From: an uncultured Gemmatimonadaceae bacterium
GTDB taxonomy: Bacteria; Gemmatimonadota; Gemmatimonadetes; Gemmatimonadales; Gemmatimonadaceae
Reading direction: 5' to 3'
Length of the DNA: 64,000 nt
NCBI GenBank assembly: GCA_963716745.1
Contig: OY970320.1
Span: 2,912,001 to 2,976,000, forward strand
A program made the translations under genes and the position numbers. Below, piece after piece: positions 58,367 through 64,000 of the stretch; positions within the stretch are counted from its first letter, which is position 1, and every line of letters begins with the position of its first letter. The notes beneath the pieces are model-generated. The model saw only the letters and a list, made by a program, of their open reading frames with translations. It was not told where the DNA came from and made no database searches.

Positions 58367-59585
58367 TGCGGAGGATCGGGCGCGCGGTCGCCGTTCCAGC
58401 GCTCATCGCGCTGGCCGCGACCGGCTGTCCGAACCTGCGCGACCAGCCGCCTCAGAAACCGGCGGCGGCGGGTACGTCCGACTCGACACCCATCGTGCCG
58501 CCGGCGCCGGCTCCAGTGCCCACGCCGGCGCGGTCCGGGCGCCGGCGCCACGGCCGAAGCCGCGGCCCGCGCCGCGCACCGTCGCTCTCGCGGGCCCGAG
58601 TGCGGCGGAGCGCGCGCGGCGTGACTCGGTCGCGCGCGCCGACTCGCTCGCCCGCGAATCGGCGCGCATGGATTCCATCGCCCACGCGCAGTTCGTGTCC
58701 GATTCGACTTCTCGTGCGGCGTTCGTGCGCGACTCGCTGGCGCGCGTCGCCTTCGTGCACGACTCCCTCACGCGCGACTCGCTCGCGCGCGACGCCGCGC
58801 ACCGCGATTCGGTCGCGCGCGAGACCGCGGCGCGCGATTCGGCGCGCGCGGCGGCCGAGCGCGATTCGCTCTATGGACCCGATGGCGCGATGCCGCGCAT
58901 CCAGGACGATCCGCACATCACCAAGCCGACCGCCACCGTGCAGCTCTCGTTCGTGAAGCAGATGTTCGACAACTACGACCAGATCCAGTTCAGTTACGCC
59001 CGGCCATTCATGCACAAGCGGGCGTCGTGGGAGATCGACATCCCCTTCCAGCACTGGGACAGCGTGGGCGCGTCGAAGACCGTGAACGGTCCCGCGAACA
59101 TCAATCTGAGCGTCAACAAGACCATCGTCGACGGCCCGTGGCGCCAGATCGCGAGCATCGGGCTCCAGCCCGACCTCGGCAACGTGGTGAACACCTCGAT
59201 CGGCAACAATCAGTGGATCGTGCAGCTGCAGTATTCCATCAGCCACTGGTTCGCCGGCGACCGGCTGCACTTCCGCTTCATGCCCTACTGGCAATACGGC
59301 TTCGCGGTGGACACCGCCTTCGGCACGAAGCAGAAGAACGTGATCGTGCCGCGCCTGGTCATCACCGCGCGCGTGACGCCGGAACTCAATGCGACGCTCG
59401 ATTGGCGCCCGCGCTTCGACCTCACGCGCAACGAGTACTACGCGACGCTCATGGGGCTCTTGTCGCGCCCGCTCCCGTGGTGGGACCTCGGCGTGCAGGC
59501 GGGCTACGAGGTCCCGCTCGACAGCCTGGCGAAGCGGAGGGTCGAATTGCAGAAGCTGTACATCACCGTCTCGAAGACCTTCTGA
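58366..59585 (+). CDS. Lipoprotein-signal protein with RDSxAR repeats and C-terminal beta-barrel (frameshift ~58530-58610)
   Basis: GTG start, LAATGC lipobox in one frame; RDS repeats and barrel ending VSKTF in ORF 58668..59585. Confidence 0.7.
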
Positions 59586-59587
59586 CC

Positions 59588-60250
59588 GTGCTTCCCTCGA
59601 GCGCCCCCTCGAGTCTCGTGGTCGCCGTGGAAGTGGGCGCCGTGATGACCTCCGCGCTGTCCGGCATGATCACCGCGTTCCAGAAGCGCCTCGACATCGT
59701 CGGCGTCGCGTCGCTGGCCCTCGTCGCGGCGTTCGGCGGCGGTACGGTGCGCGATCTGCTCATCGACCGGCGTCCGTTCTTCTGGGATACGCGCTGGGAG
59801 TACGTGCCCATCATCATCGGCATGACGGTGGCGTTCGTCTACAGCGCCCGCTTCCACCGCGTCGCGCGCGCGTTGCACGAGCGCGCGGTGTTCATCGACG
59901 CGCTCGGCCTCGCGCTGTTCAGCCTCACCGGCCTCGCCTTCGCGCTCGACGCGAAGCTCTCGCCCTTCGTGGCGGTGCTCATTGGCGTGCTGACGGGCAC
60001 CGGCGGCGGCGTGATGCGCGACGTGCTCGTGAATGAACTGCCGCTCATCTTCCGGCCGGGCGGCCGCCTCTACGCTCTCGCGTCAGCGGTGGGCTGCGGG
60101 GTCGCCGTGGCGGCCGGGTGGCTGGGCCTCAGCGTATTCGCGGCCGCGGCGATCGGCTTCCTCGTGATCGTCGGACTCCGGATGGCGTCGGTGCGCTTCG
60201 GCGTGCATGCGCCGGACCCGCTCTGGATGCGGGAGACGCCGGACCCATGA
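59588..60250 (+). CDS. TRIC channel / UPF0126 family membrane protein
   Basis: ALSG, FGGGTVRDLL, DALGLALF, GTGGGVMRDVL motifs. Confidence 0.92.
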   Translation: MLPSSAPSSLVVAVEVGAVMTSALSGMITAFQKRLDIVGVASLALVAAFGGGTVRDLLIDRRPFFWDTRWEYVPIIIGMTVAFVYSARFHRVARALHERAVFIDALGLALFSLTGLAFALDAKLSPFVAVLIGVLTGTGGGVMRDVLVNELPLIFRPGGRLYALASAVGCGVAVAAGWLGLSVFAAAAIGFLVIVGLRMASVRFGVHAPDPLWMRETPDP

Positions 60251-60257
60251 CGAGGCG

Positions 60258-61151
60258 CTAGAACGCCGCCGTCAGGTAGAACATGATGCCCTGGATGTTG
60301 TAGTTGAGGTCGAGCGAGCCGCCATCCTTCAGCGTCTTCGAGATGTTCAAATCGATGTAGTGATAGCCGGCGCCCAGCCCGTAGTTGTGGAGCGGGAACC
60401 ACTCGATCGCCAGCTTGTCGTCGGTGACATGCCCGCCGAACGTCGCGATGTTGTTGACGTACAGATACTGCAATTGTCCGCGGAAATAGAAGCGGGGCAC
60501 GAATTCCCAGTCGCCGTAAATGCCGATCATCGGCGCCGGCGCGGTGAATCCGCCGCTGTGCTGCACGTTCACGCCTTCGCCGCCACCCGCGTCGGCCTGG
60601 AGCTTCAGTCCGGCGCCCAGCACGAGCGCGTCGATGCCGAGTCCGGCGCCGAGCTCCCACGCCGGCTTGCGCACGAAGTAGAAGCGATACGTGAAGCCGT
60701 AGTACTGGATGCTGCTGTTCGCGGCGATCATGGCGCCGGCGTGGTACGTAGTGTCGCCGAATGTGACGCTGTCGTTCAACGTCTTGTCGGAATTGCGCCG
60801 GAAACCGAAGTAGCCGAAGGTGATCAGTTGTTTCGAACCGAGCCGCAGTGTGGCGAGCGCTTCGACGCTCTGCGTTTGGCGATGGAGCCCGAGCTTGTTC
60901 TCGAGGTCGATGTTGTCGCCTTCCAACGTGGGCGACGACAGCTGCGCGCTCGAGGAGACGCTCGGCAGGTACCCGCCGACGCCGATGGTGAAGTGCTGTG
61001 GCACGAGCCCGTACTTCTTCACCGTGTCCGTCAGGAAACCCAGCGGCTTCTTCTTGGGCGTCGTGTCGGACGACTGTGCGGACAGCGCGCTGCCGAGCAA
61101 CACGACGGCGAGCACGGGGAACGCGAACGACCGGCGAATGGACTTGAGCAT
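60258..61151 (-). CDS. Outer-membrane beta-barrel protein
   Basis: Signal peptide, IDLENKLGL, PAPMIG, terminal YLTAAF. Confidence 0.8.
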   Translation of the reverse strand: MLKSIRRSFAFPVLAVVLLGSALSAQSSDTTPKKKPLGFLTDTVKKYGLVPQHFTIGVGGYLPSVSSSAQLSSPTLEGDNIDLENKLGLHRQTQSVEALATLRLGSKQLITFGYFGFRRNSDKTLNDSVTFGDTTYHAGAMIAANSSIQYYGFTYRFYFVRKPAWELGAGLGIDALVLGAGLKLQADAGGGEGVNVQHSGGFTAPAPMIGIYGDWEFVPRFYFRGQLQYLYVNNIATFGGHVTDDKLAIEWFPLHNYGLGAGYHYIDLNISKTLKDGGSLDLNYNIQGIMFYLTAAF

Positions 61152-61285
61152 GCGCGCATCTCTATGGTTCAAGTGACACGGCCACTTCGCGCCCGCAGAC
61201 TCGACGGGACGCGTTCGAGGGTGCAATCTACCATTAGTGGGGCCCCGCCACACGTACGGCTTTAGTCTACTGTTCGAGACCGACC

Positions 61286-62456
61286 ATGAGGATCGCCGCG
61301 ATGAGACTGAGCAGTGGACTGATACGACTGGCGGGCGCCGGCGGCGCGATGCTGGGATTGTGCGCGTGTCCGAAGGTGCCGACGTCGTCCGCCGGCATGT
61401 CGCAGGCGCCCAACGTGGACGTGAGCGCGGACCAGTTGCAATTGCAGACGTACGCGATGGGGCACCAAGTGAACGGCACCATCGAGCGCGCGGCGGACAG
61501 CATCTTGAGTGCGACTTCCGACCCGCAAGTGCGCCGCCGCGCGATACTGTGGAAGCTCAGCGCCACACCGCTCGTGCAGGAGGCGTCGCTGCGCAACGAT
61601 CCGCTCGTCGCGGTAGTGGATCTCGCGGCATTCACCGAGCAGCAGACCGCGTATTTCAGCACGGGCGATGGCCGCGAGTCGTTCGGCGCGCTCCAGCCGG
61701 TGGCCGTGGACGCATCGCAACGCATGCAGCGCCAGGTGCTCGGCCTGATGCAACGGAGCATGAAGGGCAACGAGGTTCCGGCGGAAGCGACGGCGCGGCT
61801 CGCCGCGTGGACGGCCGAGCACCCCATGACGGGCCCCGATCTGCAGCGCGAGTCGGTGCTCGGCGCCGATTGGAAGGCGCTCGGGGCGAGCAACGAGACC
61901 CTCACCAGCACCGTGGGGAACATGGACCGCACGTTGCGCGCCCTGGCGTTGCGTCTCGGCTACCTCAACGAGACGCTGTCGGCACAATTGCGGTGGAACG
62001 CACAACTGCTCACGGATGAAATGGTGAATTCGCCGCGAGGCGACTCGCTGCTGCGTCCCAGCGCGAACACGATCCGCGCGGTGGGCGATCTCGCCGCCGG
62101 TGCGCCGGAACTTCTCGCGCACGAGCGCGCGGCCGTGCTCGCGGGCGTGGACCGCGAGCGTGTGCTGGCGCTCGCCGACATCGATCGTCAGCGCGTCGAG
62201 ACGCTGCACGCGATCAGCGGCGAGCGCGTGGCGCTCACCGCGACGCATCGACAGCGAGCGCGTGGCGGTGATGTCGTCGCTCACCAAGGAGCGGATCGCG
62301 GCGCTGCACGGCGTGGACAGCATCGCGCAGGCGCAGATCAGCCACACCGAGGCGGCGCTCACCCGGCTGCTGTGGGAAGGTGTGCTGGGCGCGCTGATCG
62401 TGGTGGCGGCGCTCACGGTGGGCGGCATGTTCGTCGTGCGTCAGCGCCGCGCGTAG
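61286..62456 (+). CDS. Helical exported/membrane protein, C-terminal TM (frameshift near 62245)
   Basis: TIERAADSI..RAILWK..DPLVAVVD; ERxA repeats; TM then RQRRA stop in ORF 62100..62456. Confidence 0.7.
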
Positions 62457-62546
62457 CCGTGGCGCCCTTGCCCCGGCGGCGGGGCGCGGCGACTTTCCAA
62501 CCGCCGGCGCGTGCCGGCGCGAACGAGTAGCATGAGAGGAGGCGAC

Positions 62547-63956
62547 ATGAAGTCGCAGTCAGCGGCCGTGGCGACGCCCTTCGGCGACGCGGTAGCGGTC
62601 TCGGGCGAGACGGTCACCATCGGCGACGAGCGCGCGCTCCAGGGCCCGGCCATGGACGCGCTCGTGCGCGACGCGGTGTTCGGCGGCACGGTGGAACGCG
62701 AGCGCGCGCGGTGGTTGATCTGGGAGCTGGCGCAGCAGGTGGGCGCGCGGCCGTCGTCCATCCACGAGCTCTATCGCGCGCGCGGCCGCGGCGAGACGAA
62801 GGGATTCACGGTGCCCGCGATCAACGTGCGCGGCGCGGCGTACGATACGGCGCGCGCCATCTTCCGCACCGCGGTGCGCATGAACGCCGGTGCGTTCATC
62901 GTCGAGATCGCGCGCTCCGAGATCGCCTACACCGAACAGCGCCCCGCGGAGTACGTCGCGGTGATGCTCGCCGCGGCGCTGCGCGAGGGATTCCGCGGGC
63001 CGGTGTTCATCCAGGGCGACCACTTCCAGGTGAACGCCAAGAAATTCGCCGCCGATGCGGCCGGTGAAGTGAATTCGGTGAAACAGCTCGCGGCCGAGGC
63101 GATCACCGCCGGCTTCCTGAACATCGACGTGGACACGTCCACGCTCGTGAACATCAGCCTCAAGACGCTCGACGAGCAGCAGCGGCTCAATTACGAGACG
63201 GCGGCCGACATCGCCGCGTACGTGCGCAGCCTGGAGCCCGCTGGCATCGCGATCTCGATCGGCGCCGAGATCGGCGAGGTGGGCACGCAGAACAGCACCG
63301 TCGCCGAGGAGCGCGCCTTCATGGACGGGTACATTCGCACAATGAAGGCGCGCGGCCATGGATCGCTCGCACCGCTCTCGAAGATCTCGGTGCAGACGGG
63401 CACGTCGCATGGGGGCATCGTGCTGCCAGACGGTTCGATCGCGGACGTGAAGCTGGACCTAAAGGCGCTGGAGGAGCTGTCGAAGGTCGCGCGCAGCGAC
63501 TACGGCATGGCGGGCGCCGTACAGCACGGTGCGAGTACGCTGCCGGAAACGGCGTTCAATCATTTCCCGCGCATCGAAACGGCCGAGATCCATCTCGCGA
63601 CGAACTTCCAGAACATCCTGTACGATCACCTGCCAACGGTGCTGCGGAAGCGCATCTACCATTGGCTGGACGAGAACGCCAAGGAGGAACGGAAGCCGAC
63701 CGACACCGACGATCAGTTCTACTATAAGACGCGAAAGAAGGCGCTCGGGCCGTTCAAAGCCGAGCTCTGGGAACTGCCGGAGGAGACGCGGGTGGAACTA
63801 GCGGGCGCGTACGATCGCACCTTCGGATTCCTCTTCGAGCAACTGAAAGTGGGAGGGACCGCCGCGATCGTGGCGCAGACGGTGAAGCCGCCACGGCTCC
63901 ATCATCGCGCGCCCGCCGGCGCGATCGCCCCCGACGATCCCGACGCCGGCGAGTAG
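62547..63956 (+). CDS. Class II fructose-bisphosphate aldolase family protein
   Basis: FTVPAIN, QGDHFQ, IDVDTS, GAEIGEVG, GTSHGG, VQHGAS; RBS GAGGAGG. Confidence 0.88.
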   Translation: MKSQSAAVATPFGDAVAVSGETVTIGDERALQGPAMDALVRDAVFGGTVERERARWLIWELAQQVGARPSSIHELYRARGRGETKGFTVPAINVRGAAYDTARAIFRTAVRMNAGAFIVEIARSEIAYTEQRPAEYVAVMLAAALREGFRGPVFIQGDHFQVNAKKFAADAAGEVNSVKQLAAEAITAGFLNIDVDTSTLVNISLKTLDEQQRLNYETAADIAAYVRSLEPAGIAISIGAEIGEVGTQNSTVAEERAFMDGYIRTMKARGHGSLAPLSKISVQTGTSHGGIVLPDGSIADVKLDLKALEELSKVARSDYGMAGAVQHGASTLPETAFNHFPRIETAEIHLATNFQNILYDHLPTVLRKRIYHWLDENAKEERKPTDTDDQFYYKTRKKALGPFKAELWELPEETRVELAGAYDRTFGFLFEQLKVGGTAAIVAQTVKPPRLHHRAPAGAIAPDDPDAGE

Positions 63957-63980
63957 TCCGGCCCCGACTGGAGAACGCGC

Positions 63981-64000
63981 ATGGCACGCTATGAGGAGTT
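63981..64000 (+). CDS. Start of a truncated downstream CDS (MARYEE...)
   Basis: GGAG RBS then ATG; runs off the window. Confidence 0.45.

Overview
High-GC (~70%) bacterial chromosomal window of about 55 genes. Gene content and order resemble Gemmatimonadota; this is an inference, not a database result. Many single-base indels break otherwise ordinary genes, especially at 7.6-12.3 kb, which suggests an imperfectly polished long-read assembly. Core genes: priA, murQ-anmK, ggt, class II (B12) ribonucleotide reductase, pyk, class II fructose-bisphosphate aldolase, fur-ccdA, a GMC dehydrogenase pair, and a MoxR/DUF58/BatA/DUF4159 operon preceded by a ubiquitin-fold gene. Signalling and envelope modules: a Zn-ribbon-FHA / Ser-Thr kinase / PP2C / FHA-trypsin operon; an amidase plus a metallopeptidase-propeller-Omp85 protein; an octaheme cytochrome-TPR protein with a beta-barrel; and a degenerate [FeFe]-hydrogenase-like membrane protein followed by sulfocyanin, GGDEF and an orphan lasso-B2 gene. 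The most striking unexplained structure is a set of intergenic foldback elements (about 100-230 bp). Their internal sequences differ, but they share terminal hexamers (5'-AACKRC...GYMGTT-3') and often overlap stop codons of convergent genes. One sits directly upstream of a frameshifted GxxExxY (PD-(D/E)XK-like) nuclease gene, making this a candidate REP/MITE-like system with a non-classical mobilising enzyme. No rRNA, tRNA, CRISPR-Cas or recognisable transposase was seen.
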